Shown in pieces: positions 30,580-40,087 of a stretch of 61,289 bases of DNA; the stretch's first letter is position 1, and the number at the start of each line of letters is the position of its first letter. The notes beneath the pieces are model-generated. The model did no database searches and was not told the DNA's origin. It saw only the letters and a list, made by a program, of their open reading frames with translations. The translations under genes and the position numbers were made by a program. The DNA is from an uncultured Dehalococcoidia bacterium (GTDB lineage Bacteria > Chloroflexota > Dehalococcoidia > Lucifugimonadales > UBA3495), in assembly GCA_950072105.1 (NCBI GenBank), contig CATMOE010000014.1, forward strand, positions 1 to 61,289. Direction: 5' to 3'.

Positions 30580-30852
30580 TTACTCTTCGTCGTCGTCCTG
30601 CCCGGTGGAATTGTTTAGAGCCATGACCTCTTTACCGGCTTCCCCGGAGCGGTCGGCGTGCCTGGAATCGCCCCAGGAAGCGGCTTCCACGTAGTTCTGA
30701 AAATCCTTGGATTCACCGCAGATCTGGCAGACGCCTTGGCTTGACGGTCCCATAGCGGGTTGAATCACCCAGTGATGGGCGCAACCCGGGATATTTTCTA
30801 CTTCAATCGTTGGGGTAGCTGTTGTTGGGGTAGCTGTTGATTTTTGAGCCAT
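30580..30852 (-). CDS. Small putative Zn-binding protein (90 aa)
   Basis: CxHHW...CxxC motif, GGAGG RBS, own promoter, acidic tail. Confidence 0.7.
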   Translation of the reverse strand: MAQKSTATPTTATPTIEVENIPGCAHHWVIQPAMGPSSQGVCQICGESKDFQNYVEAASWGDSRHADRSGEAGKEVMALNNSTGQDDDEE

Positions 30853-30881
30853 GATATTCGACCTCCGGATTCTAAGAACTT

Positions 30882-30911
30882 ATTGTATCACGCGGCAACG
30901 TTATTCGTCAA
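30882..30911 (-). promoter_or_regulatory. Sigma70-type promoter with extended -10
   Basis: TTGACG-18 nt-TACAAT preceded by TGn. Confidence 0.55.
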
Positions 30912-31307
30912 CATATTACGAATAATTAGTCATGATATGGCTGATTATTAGATGCTTCAGTAACATAATAAGTTGTGATATGGTTTGGTTTCGTTGTCAT
31001 TATACTAAATACCGACCGGGCTAGGTAGATATCTATTCCCGATCTACGCCCGGCGATGGCCAGGATTCGCCCGCCGTAATCCGCCCTCATTATGTTTGAT
31101 GACCGCACGACACAAAGGGATCCGTATCCAAAGAATCGTAGTCAATATACGCAATACGCACCAACGGCGGTACCGGTTTTCTTGGAGAAAATTGATCCCA
31201 GGGGTGGTCCTGCATTGAATGGCAAGATTAACGGAGTTGATCTGAAGGATAGTGGGGCAACAGGAAGGTAACCTAGAAAATCTACGGACCGACGGAGGGA
31301 GGGCGAT

Positions 31308-32366
31308 CTAGACGATCTGCTGCGTCACTATCCTGGTGACTCCCCAGCCGGCCAGCCAGGCCGAGTGGCGGCCATCGCCGCCGGCTACCACGACCACCAG
31401 ATCGTCGGCAGACCGTACTATGGGGACCATGGTATCGGGATTGGCCTCATCCACCCACGAGGGCCAGTTGCGGTTTCCATAGTGGGCCACGCCGATGAGT
31501 TGACGCAGGGGCATGCGGGCGTTTTGGTAGACGTATTCCCGAACATCGGCTTTGGAGAGGCCGGAGGCGGCGATATCGGCGGCGTGCTCGGGACACAGCA
31601 CTAAAACGATCTGAGCACCCGTACCGATCTGATAGTAGTTGGAAACTCCCGACCCCGTCATCGTGCCAACCAACGTCTGCAGAACTTCGAAACCCGTGGG
31701 CACCGTGGTTTCCATCACCACGTAGATTCCCCGGATCCCAGCGACCGTGACGATGCTATCGCTGGGACTGTAACCCAGTTCCAAGTGGCGCGGTTCCCAA
31801 GGGCTGCGCTCTTCGTTCTCCGAGAAGCAGAAAGAGAAACGGGCGGGAGTCGACAGAGTAGCCTTGTCCATCTCCCCCGGGATGAGTCCACCCACATTCC
31901 GGATCATCAGGCGAAGGGCCCGGCCGATCGATGAATTGGCTCGATAGCCCGGACCAAAGCATCCGGCGTCCCCGTTAATGCCCAGTTGCCGGGCGATGGG
32001 TCCGTTTACGATAACCGCTGGGGTTGCGCCTCCAGTCGTAGACGACACCCCTGCAACGTTAAACTCGTCTTGGAGCATGGCTTTAACGGCGGCCACCACC
32101 ACCGGGAAGTACTCCGGCCGGCATCCTGCCATCACCGCGTTGATAGCGATCTTTTCCAGGGTAACTCTGGCGTTGCGGGGTTGAATTATTCCCAGAGAGT
32201 CGTTGGGCGCGCCCTCGCATCCAGCCAGCATACGGCGAACCAATTCTTCGGTCGCCGGCACCACCGGCAGCCCGTCGGTCCAGCCTTGTTCATCATAGTA
32301 GTCTTGAATCGCATCGAAGGAATCTTCGACATCGATCCGCCGGGACTGGAGATTTGACGTGCTCAA
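31308..32366 (-). CDS. Conserved protein typically encoded with UGSC (seleno)proteins
   Basis: GWTDGLPVVP, EKIAINAVMAGC.PEY, RAN..IGRA, ENEE.SPW motifs. Confidence 0.75.
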   Translation of the reverse strand: MSTSNLQSRRIDVEDSFDAIQDYYDEQGWTDGLPVVPATEELVRRMLAGCEGAPNDSLGIIQPRNARVTLEKIAINAVMAGCRPEYFPVVVAAVKAMLQDEFNVAGVSSTTGGATPAVIVNGPIARQLGINGDAGCFGPGYRANSSIGRALRLMIRNVGGLIPGEMDKATLSTPARFSFCFSENEERSPWEPRHLELGYSPSDSIVTVAGIRGIYVVMETTVPTGFEVLQTLVGTMTGSGVSNYYQIGTGAQIVLVLCPEHAADIAASGLSKADVREYVYQNARMPLRQLIGVAHYGNRNWPSWVDEANPDTMVPIVRSADDLVVVVAGGDGRHSAWLAGWGVTRIVTQQIV

Positions 32367-32415
32367 AATATATGGCTGCGGCTACAGTTATTTTTCATCA
32401 TCGAGAACATTAGAC

Positions 32416-32970
32416 CTAAGTGGCCGAGATCTCGCTGGTCAATAGGCCGACAATCTCGGGTGCGAAGTCATGGGCCATCTGCTTTACGTCATCGACAGAC
32501 TTGGTGACCAGGGGGCTGGGTATGACCACGATTCTTGCTCCAGGCATCCCCAGAGCGGACGTACGGGCCCGGGCCGCCCGGGTAAATGAACTGGTGATTA
32601 CGCTCAGAGACGGCACTCCTTTGGACTCGGTGGCTACTGTGTCGTGGAGACCCCACGTCGTGCAGGACCCTCAATCCGCCACACCGTGAATCACCACGTC
32701 GCACTCTTCGGCCAGAGAATCCAGGGTTTCCGCGGCGCAGGGCGCACTATAGCTGAACTTGGTGGCGTAAACCACTTTTTGAGCGCCGTAGTCCTGCACG
32801 AGAACCTCCTTCAACTCTTGGAGGAAGGCATCTGCGTGGTACTTGCGGTTTTCCAGAAGACCGACCACTTTGCCCTTGAGGCTGGGAAGGTTGGTATTAA
32901 GGCCTACCTCCTCGGGCACGTCTTCAGCGCGAGGGTCCAGGATCTGGATGGTAGAATTCCTGGTTGCCAT
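32416..32970 (-). CDS. UGSC family selenoprotein (Sec at codon 100, UGA at 32671-32673)
   Basis: Reading through the UGA gives ..GVAD-U-GSCTTWGLHD.. and joins two track ORFs in frame (184 aa); GGAGG RBS. Confidence 0.85.
32643..32657 (-). promoter_or_regulatory. Bacterial SECIS-like hairpin
   Basis: CGUGG-GGUCU-CCACG stem-loop starting 13 nt after the UGA. Confidence 0.65.
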
Positions 32971-33190
32971 GGCGGCTACCTCCTTAGGAAATGGGGCGGG
33001 AGCGACAGGACTAGAATTTTCATATAGTGGCAAACGGGATTTAATCGCTCCTACCGTAGATGAATGTAGCGCAAAAGTCTAGCCCGATTTTGGCGCTAGG
33101 AGGTTCCGCAGACGCCCTTACCATAGGGGTGCTATGAATTAAAGAGGAGTGGGAGCAGACGGAAGAGCCGAGGTTTGGGGAAACGGACTA

Positions 33191-34330
33191 CTAGGACATC
33201 TGGAAGTATTTGCCTTCGGTCTTAATGGAGGGCGCTACGACCATTTCAGCCTTGTGAAGGTCGCGTACGGTGTAGGCTCCGCACATCCCCATGCAGACAC
33301 GGAGAGCGCCAATCAGGTTCTGGGTGCCATCAGTCTTGGATGTTGGGCCGTAGAGTATCTGCTGTAGAGTACCCTTGGTCCCTACATTTATCCTGGTCCC
33401 CCTAGGCAACTCCGGATGGGGATTGGCCATGCCCCAGTTGTAACCGCGTCCCGGAGCTTCTTCAGCTTGTGCGAACGGCGTACCCAGCATAACCCCGTCG
33501 GCGCCGCTGGCTATCGCCTTACAAAAGTCGCCGCCGGTGCGGATGCCGCCGTCGGTGATAACGGTGACATAACGGCCGGTGCGGCGGAAATAGTCCTCAC
33601 GGGCGGCGGCGCACTCCAACGTGGCCGTAACTTGAGGGACACCCACCCCGACCACTTCCCGTGTAGTGCAGGCGGCCCCAGGCCCGACACCCACCAATAT
33701 GCCGTCGATGCCGGTCTCCATCAACTCCTGAGCAACGGAATACGTTACGCAATTGCCAACTACCACCGGAACTTTAAGCGAACTGACCATTTCCGAGAAG
33801 ATCAAACCGCGGTAGCTTCTGGACATGTGCCTGGCGGTTGTTACCGTCGACTGCACCACCACCATCTCCGCCCCGGCCTCCACGGCCACCGGGGACATGC
33901 GCTTGGTGTTCTGAGGAGTAAAGGAAACGGCGCACGTCGCGCCGGACTCCCGGATCTCCTGCACTCGTTGCGCCACCAAGTTTTCCTGAATCGGTTCGGA
34001 ATACACGTGCTGAAGATGCTCGGTAATCTCGGACTGCGGGATGGACATGATCTCTTCAAGAACGGAGTATGGGTCTTCGTACCGGGTGTACAACCCCTCG
34101 GCGTTAAGAACACCGAGACCGCCCATCTGGTGCATCAATGTAGCGAAATGAGGAGACACGGCGCCGTCCATGGCCGATGCCAGAACGGGTATGTCTAGAG
34201 AGATGTTGCCAATGGTCATTTTGGTCGAGGTCAGATCGGGGTTTATCGTCACCTGGCCTGGAACGATCGCCACTTCATCAAAGCCGTAGGACCTTTCCAG
34301 TTCCTTGAACAGGCGTCTCGGCATCGCCAC
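33191..34330 (-). CDS. GuaB3-family IMP dehydrogenase-related protein
   Basis: YGFDEVAIVP, ASAMDG, GVGPGAACTTR, DGGIRTGG, WGMA; no CBS domains. Confidence 0.88.
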   Translation of the reverse strand: MAMPRRLFKELERSYGFDEVAIVPGQVTINPDLTSTKMTIGNISLDIPVLASAMDGAVSPHFATLMHQMGGLGVLNAEGLYTRYEDPYSVLEEIMSIPQSEITEHLQHVYSEPIQENLVAQRVQEIRESGATCAVSFTPQNTKRMSPVAVEAGAEMVVVQSTVTTARHMSRSYRGLIFSEMVSSLKVPVVVGNCVTYSVAQELMETGIDGILVGVGPGAACTTREVVGVGVPQVTATLECAAAREDYFRRTGRYVTVITDGGIRTGGDFCKAIASGADGVMLGTPFAQAEEAPGRGYNWGMANPHPELPRGTRINVGTKGTLQQILYGPTSKTDGTQNLIGALRVCMGMCGAYTVRDLHKAEMVVAPSIKTEGKYFQMS

Positions 34331-34535
34331 TTACCTCGACTAAATTTACGTTTTATGTTCATTGGACTCTATCAGTAACTCGAGCCGGAAGTCAACGGGG
34401 AGAACCCATGGACATAGTTGCCATTAACTCAGCCAGACCCACTTTCGAATCTCGAGCATGGCCCGCAATCACTAATCACCTGCAATAACCGTCTATTTAC
34501 CTCCGGCTTGATACATTTTTGACGTGTCAAAGCTC

Positions 34536-34564
34536 TTGCCAGGTTGTGAAAAATAGTGCATACT
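34536..34564 (+). promoter_or_regulatory. Promoter for the 5S rRNA gene
   Basis: TTGCCA-17 nt-CATACT about 15 nt upstream of the 5S gene. Confidence 0.5.
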
Positions 34565-34578
34565 CTTGTCAGATTTAC

Positions 34579-34698
34579 TCTCTGGTGGTTCTAGCGCAGC
34601 GGACCCACCCGTTCCCATCCCGAACACGGTAGTGAAACGCTGCAGCGCCCACGATACTGCCTTGGTGACGGGGTGGGAAAATAGGTCACCGCCGGGGG
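34579..34698 (+). rRNA. rrf: 5S ribosomal RNA (solitary)
   Basis: CTGGTGG...CACCCGTTCCCATCCCGAACACGGTAGTGAAAC...GATACTGC...GGGAAAATAGGTCACCGCCGG; the ends pair. Confidence 0.96.
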
Positions 34699-34864
34699 GT
34701 ATAAATCTACTTCACAGTCAGGTCCAACCCATGGAACCATGGCCGGTAGCCGGCCTCTTGAATTCTGTGGATCTCCGTTTGGATCCTGTGGCCAAGCTCT
34801 CAGCCACGGCACCTGTAACAACCAAATCCAGCTTCTCCACCGCCCAAAAAGATGGGTTTATGCC

Positions 34865-34893
34865 TTTACACAATGTTGGGCGTAATCTATAAT
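34865..34893 (+). promoter_or_regulatory. Sigma70-type promoter for clpC
   Basis: TTTACA-17 nt-TATAAT. Confidence 0.6.
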
Positions 34894-35080
34894 CTTAAAT
34901 TGGGACCCTAGTTTAGAAACGGGCAGGCTCCGGCGCCCTTGATTCCCGGAGCTTGGTGGATAACAAGTGGGGTGGACGAAGCGGAAGGGCGGTGGATGTC
35001 AGTTGCTGTGCGGCCACAAACCCAATATGGAGACACTCCAGCGGTAGAGGCAACTCACCTTCACCACCAGGAGCATTAGT

Positions 35081-37618
35081 ATGGGAAGTAGGTTCGAGAA
35101 ATTCTCCGAAAGAGCACGCCGGGTATTATCTCTGGCTCAGGAAGAGGCCCAGCGGTTTAACCACAACTATATCGGGACCGAGCATATCCTCCTTGGCCTA
35201 GTAAGGGAAACCGAAGGAGTCGCCGCTCGAGTCCTTTCCAGTCTCGAGGTTGACTTGAGCAAGGTTCGGTCAGCCGTCGAGTTTATTATCGGGCGCGGCG
35301 AGAAGCCGGCCCAAGGGGAAATCGGACTGACGCCGCGAGCCAAGAAAGTCGTGGAGTTGGCCGTAGATGAAGCCCGCCGGATGAACCATACCTACATCGG
35401 CACCGAACACCTGCTTATTGGGCTATTGCGCGAGGGCGAGGGAGTGGCCGCCGGGGTTTTGGAAAGTCTGGGCGTCACTCTGGACAAAGTCCGCGCCGAG
35501 ACCCACCGCATCTTGAGCCACAGTTCCGGCAGCGGCAGCCAAGGTTCCCGGAGTACTTCTCGCACCCCCACCCTAGACCAATTGGGCGTGGATCTCACCG
35601 TGGCCGCCCGGAGCGACAAACTCGACCCCGTGATAGGCCGTGAAAAAGAGATTGAGCGCGTAGTGCAGATTCTCAGCCGTCGTACCAAGAACAATCCTGT
35701 TTTGGTGGGAGAGCCCGGTGTTGGCAAGACCGCCATCGTTGAGGCCCTGGCACAACGCATCGGTTCCGGCGATGTCCCGGAAACCCTTCAAGGCAAGCGA
35801 TTGGTCACTCTCGACATGGGTGCCTTGGTTGCCGGCACCAAATACCGGGGGGAGTTCGAAGAACGGCTTAAGAAAGTAATCGAAGAGATAAAGAGCTCCG
35901 GCAACTGCGTCCTATTCATCGACGAGATACACACCATCGTTGGCGCAGGAGCAGCCGAAGGGGCGGTGGACGCCTCCAACATACTCAAGCCTTCCCTGGC
36001 CCGGGGCGAGTTGCAATGCATCGGCGCCACCACTCTGGACGATTACCGCAAGTACGTGGAGCGAGACCCTGCCCTAGAACGCCGGTTGCAGCCGGTGCGG
36101 GTGGAGGAGCCCTCTAACGACGACACCATAGAGATACTGATGGGTATCAGGAGCCGCTACGAAGACCACCACAAGGTGGATATCACTGATGAGGCCATCC
36201 GATCGGCGGCCACGTTGGCGGCTCGTTTCATACCCGACCGGTTCTTGCCCGACAAAGCCATCGACTTGATCGATGAAGCCGGCTCCCGGGTACGTCTTAG
36301 GGGAAGTGTAACCCCCACTTCGGTGAAAGACGCCAAGGAATCTCTGGAGCAGGTCCGGAAGGAAAAAGACGAAGCAATTGCCTCGCAGCAATACGAGCAG
36401 GCCGCCGAACTACGCGACCGGGAGCTGCGGTACTCCGATGAACTTGACACTCTGGAGAAGGAGTGGCAAGAAGGCCTGGGCAAAGACCGGGCGGTGGTCA
36501 CTGAAGAGGACATAGCCGAAGTAGTCAGTATGTGGACCGGGATTCCGGTTACCCGCCTGGCCGCTGAAGAGACGGAACGGCTGCTCCACATGGAGCAGGA
36601 GCTTCACAAGCGCATAATCGGCCAAGACGAAGCCATCGTCAACATCGCCAAATCGGTTCGGAGGGCTAGAGCCGGTCTGAAAGACCCTCGAAGGCCCATC
36701 GGCGTGTTCATGTTCCTAGGCCCCACTGGGGTAGGTAAGACCGAGTTGGTCCGGGCCATGGCCGAATTTATGTTCGGAAACGAAGACGCGATGCTTCGCC
36801 TGGATATGTCCGAGTTCCAAGAGCGGCATACTGTAGCCAGGTTGATCGGCGCCCCTCCCGGGTACGTGGGATACGACGAAGGGGGGCAACTCACGGAGGG
36901 TGTGCGCCGAAAGAACTATTGCGCAGTTCTGCTGGATGAGATTGAGAAGGCCCATCCAGACGTTTTCAATATCCTGTTGCAGATATTCGACGCTGGACAG
37001 TTGACCGATGCCCGTGGGCGGCGGGTCGACTTCCGAAACTCGATCCTGGTGATGACCAGCAACCTGGGGTCGGACTTGATCAAACGGGAAACAACCCTGG
37101 GCTTCACAGTTAAGAGCGACGACGCTCAGACGGCGGCGGCGAGCTACGACCGGATGAAAGACAAAGTCATGGACGAAGTCAAGCGCTTCTTCCGTCCCGA
37201 GTTCCTAAACCGGATCGACGCCACCGTGGTGTTCCATCAACTCGACGAGTCCGAGATACTGTCCATAGTCGATCTTATGATGGACCAGGTCAAGAAGGAA
37301 CTTGACGAAAAGAAGATCGGCCTGGAAATAACCGAGGAGGCCAAAAAGCACTTGGGCGAAAAAGGATTCGACCCGGTGTTGGGCGCTCGTCCCTTGCGGC
37401 GCTTGATACAGAACGAGGTTGAAGACTCTCTGTCCGATGAGGTCTTGGGCGGGCACCTAAACGATGGGGATGTGGCGGTGGTGGACTTTGAAGACGACAA
37501 GATCGTGATTCGCACCAAGAAAAAAGCCGTCGAGAGCAGCACCGGTGATGACGCCAGCGACGACGACGAGGCCAGTGCCGACGACGAGGCGCCCGTCGAG
37601 GCGGGGTCCCCAGCGTAG
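35081..37618 (+). CDS. clpC: ATP-dependent Clp protease ATP-binding subunit ClpC
   Basis: Clp-N repeats, [11 protein letters not shown] coiled coil, [15 protein letters not shown]. Confidence 0.95.
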   Translation: MGSRFEKFSERARRVLSLAQEEAQRFNHNYIGTEHILLGLVRETEGVAARVLSSLEVDLSKVRSAVEFIIGRGEKPAQGEIGLTPRAKKVVELAVDEARRMNHTYIGTEHLLIGLLREGEGVAAGVLESLGVTLDKVRAETHRILSHSSGSGSQGSRSTSRTPTLDQLGVDLTVAARSDKLDPVIGREKEIERVVQILSRRTKNNPVLVGEPGVGKTAIVEALAQRIGSGDVPETLQGKRLVTLDMGALVAGTKYRGEFEERLKKVIEEIKSSGNCVLFIDEIHTIVGAGAAEGAVDASNILKPSLARGELQCIGATTLDDYRKYVERDPALERRLQPVRVEEPSNDDTIEILMGIRSRYEDHHKVDITDEAIRSAATLAARFIPDRFLPDKAIDLIDEAGSRVRLRGSVTPTSVKDAKESLEQVRKEKDEAIASQQYEQAAELRDRELRYSDELDTLEKEWQEGLGKDRAVVTEEDIAEVVSMWTGIPVTRLAAEETERLLHMEQELHKRIIGQDEAIVNIAKSVRRARAGLKDPRRPIGVFMFLGPTGVGKTELVRAMAEFMFGNEDAMLRLDMSEFQERHTVARLIGAPPGYVGYDEGGQLTEGVRRKNYCAVLLDEIEKAHPDVFNILLQIFDAGQLTDARGRRVDFRNSILVMTSNLGSDLIKRETTLGFTVKSDDAQTAAASYDRMKDKVMDEVKRFFRPEFLNRIDATVVFHQLDESEILSIVDLMMDQVKKELDEKKIGLEITEEAKKHLGEKGFDPVLGARPLRRLIQNEVEDSLSDEVLGGHLNDGDVAVVDFEDDKIVIRTKKKAVESSTGDDASDDDEASADDEAPVEAGSPA

Positions 37619-37655
37619 ACCTCAAAAGCCCATCAACAAACTAATGGTACTGACA

Positions 37656-37681
37656 GAAGGCCCCGTTAAAGCGGGGCCTTC
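37656..37681 (+). terminator. Hairpin/terminator after clpC
   Basis: GAAGGCCCCG-ttaaag-CGGGGCCTTC. Confidence 0.65.
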
Positions 37682-37759
37682 GCTGTTATAATGGCGCGAG
37701 TCACCTTAGGAGATCATCACCGCCGGTGATCCGAAGTAGATTGTGTTGGAGGGAGGCCG

Positions 37760-39178
37760 GTGACCCGTCCTAAAGAACGGTCTCGCACCGTGTTCTTTTG
37801 TCCGGAATGCGGCTACGAAAGCCCTAAATGGATGGGCTTCTGCCCCGCCCCAACTTGCCAGTCCGGGCAACCTCTGGTGGAAGCTACTCCGGCAAGAACT
37901 AAGCCAACGAATTCAAGTTGGATCCCCACCCAGTCAGAACCCGTCCAAGAACTCTCCGCTCTGGAGTTGGACAGCCAGCAACGCATCGTGTTGCCCTGCC
38001 AAGAACTCAACCGGGTGCTCGGCGGCGGCATCGTGCCTGGCTCGGTTGTATTGTTGGCGGGCGAGCCGGGGGTAGGGAAGTCCACCTTGCTCCTTCAGAT
38101 CGCTCAGGATATGGCCACCGCCGGACGATCCGTGCTCTATGTTTCCGGGGAGGAGTCTCCTCACCAGATAAAACTCCGCTCTCAAAGATTGGGCTTTGCC
38201 GGAAAGGGAATCTTTCTACTATCCGAAACCGACGTCGACGTGGTGGTGGATAGGTTGGAAGAGCACCGGCCGGGCCTGGCGATAATCGACTCGGTTCAAA
38301 CCCTTTACAGCAGGGACACACCCTCAGGCCCCGGAAGCGTAGCCCAGATTCGGGAGGCTGGACTACGCTTGATGCGGTGGTCCAAAGCCCGGCAAACACC
38401 CGTGTTTCTGGCCGGACACGTGACTAAAGACGGCTCGGTAGCGGGTCCAAAGGTCCTCGAGCATATGGTAGACGTCGTCACCTACCTGGAATCCCAAGAG
38501 TACGGTGCTTTTCGATTGCTCCGTTGCGCCAAGAACCGATTCGGTTCTACCGCCGAGGTAGGTGTATTTGAAATGTCTGGGGCCGGTCTAGTCGAAGTCG
38601 TCGACCCTTCCAAAACCTTGCTGGCCCAGCGGTATGATCAGGCCGTCGGGTCTGCCCTAGTGACGGTGCTGGAAGGGAGCCGACCGTTGGTTCTGGAAGT
38701 TCAAGCCCTAACTTCGTTCTCCCATCTCCCCTCGCCCAGGCGGGTAGCCAACGGTGTGGATCACAACCGGCTCTTGATGTTGACTGCGGTTGCCGGGCGG
38801 AGGGCCGGATTGGACCTTTCCGGCCAAGACATAATCGTCAACGTGGCCGGGGGAATGCGGATCAGCGAGCCAGCGGCGGACCTGGCCATCATCCTGGCCA
38901 TTGCGTCAAGCCTGCACAACCGCCCATTGGACTCGGAAATGGTTGTGTTTGGCGAGGTGGGTCTGGGTGGCGAAGTACGTACGGTGCCTCAAGCGCAACG
39001 CCGCCTACAAGAGGCCCAGAGGCTGGGTCTGACTCGTGCGGTATTACCCGATACAGCCCTGGATGCGGAGGCCCGCCCTCCCGGAATGGGCCTTGTTTTC
39101 GCTCGAACAGTGAGTCAGGCTATCAAAGCCGGTTTGGGTGAACGGCTTGAGCACCGGGAAGCTGTGGCTACCGAATAA
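37760..39178 (+). CDS. radA: DNA repair protein RadA/Sms
   Basis: N-terminal Zn finger, GEPGVGKST, KNRFG, Lon-like C-terminus. Confidence 0.96.
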   Translation: MTRPKERSRTVFFCPECGYESPKWMGFCPAPTCQSGQPLVEATPARTKPTNSSWIPTQSEPVQELSALELDSQQRIVLPCQELNRVLGGGIVPGSVVLLAGEPGVGKSTLLLQIAQDMATAGRSVLYVSGEESPHQIKLRSQRLGFAGKGIFLLSETDVDVVVDRLEEHRPGLAIIDSVQTLYSRDTPSGPGSVAQIREAGLRLMRWSKARQTPVFLAGHVTKDGSVAGPKVLEHMVDVVTYLESQEYGAFRLLRCAKNRFGSTAEVGVFEMSGAGLVEVVDPSKTLLAQRYDQAVGSALVTVLEGSRPLVLEVQALTSFSHLPSPRRVANGVDHNRLLMLTAVAGRRAGLDLSGQDIIVNVAGGMRISEPAADLAIILAIASSLHNRPLDSEMVVFGEVGLGGEVRTVPQAQRRLQEAQRLGLTRAVLPDTALDAEARPPGMGLVFARTVSQAIKAGLGERLEHREAVATE

Positions 39179-39219
39179 GCCCGTTGGCCAGACGATTTAC
39201 TCCCCAGCCGGATCGATCT

Positions 39220-39681
39220 CTAGCCGTCCTCGGCCGTCACCGGTGCTGCCGCCTCCGGCGCGTGAAAATCATGGTCCTCGCAAGCAACCCACCTGGACCC
39301 GTCCTCATAGATCTCCTTCTTCCAGATGGGGACTGTCGCTTTTAGCCGGTCAACCGCCTCGTGGCAGGCCAAGAAAGCTTCCTTGCGGTGTGGTGAAGCT
39401 ACCGCAACGACCAGGCTGATCTGCCCGATGTCCACCCGGCCGATGCGGTGGGCGATAGCAATATCTTCAATCTGGAACTCGGCCATCAATCCTTGCCGAA
39501 TCTCTTCCAGCTTCTTAACGGCCATCTCTTCAAAAGCTTCGTACTCCAGGGTGATAACCCGCTTTCCCTCAAAGTTGTCCCGGGTAGTGCCCAGGAAAGT
39601 CACAACCGCGCCGTTGGTATCTTTGACTACTTTTCTGGTGACAGCCTCCGGGTCGAGAGGTTCGTGGGTGACTTCGATCAT
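39220..39681 (-). CDS. moaE: Molybdopterin synthase catalytic subunit
   Basis: GAVVTFLGTTR, LEYEA, HRIG, PIWKKE. Confidence 0.93.
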   Translation of the reverse strand: MIEVTHEPLDPEAVTRKVVKDTNGAVVTFLGTTRDNFEGKRVITLEYEAFEEMAVKKLEEIRQGLMAEFQIEDIAIAHRIGRVDIGQISLVVAVASPHRKEAFLACHEAVDRLKATVPIWKKEIYEDGSRWVACEDHDFHAPEAAAPVTAEDG

Positions 39682-39685
39682 GGCA

Positions 39686-39931
39686 TTATCCTCCGCTGAC
39701 CGGTGGTATCAGGCATACGTCGTCGCCTTGGTGCAAGAGGTCTCCGGGCTCGGCGTAGTCGGCGTTAACCGCCACGACAATCTTCACTTCCGGCGGCGCC
39801 AGCCGTGGAAATAGATTTCTGATCTCCGACGTCATATCGGCCACCGTGGCCCCTTCGGACAGAGTCAATAAATGAGAATTACAGGCGGCTCTTTCCCGAT
39901 AGAGTGCGAAAAATCTGACAACTATTTCCAA
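39686..39931 (-). CDS. moaD: Molybdopterin synthase sulfur carrier
   Basis: VRFFALYRE, AVN..Y, IPPVSGG C-terminus; TTG start inferred. Confidence 0.9.
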   Translation of the reverse strand: MEIVVRFFALYRERAACNSHLLTLSEGATVADMTSEIRNLFPRLAPPEVKIVVAVNADYAEPGDLLHQGDDVCLIPPVSGG

Positions 39932-40087
39932 TCTGCTACCTGTGACTCTTAATGCGTTGTGTTGCCACTGAATCTCCCATCCGTCTAGCGCATGAACCCC
40001 GAAAAATCGCCGGCGGTCCAAGTTAGAGCCATATTATCGCACAGGAGCAGTGGCATTACAGGGACGGGGGCTTTAACGATAATCAAG

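Noticed and set aside
32416..33033. Two separate small ORFs or a nonsense pseudogene
   Set aside because: The UxxC context and SECIS-like hairpin favour a single selenoprotein
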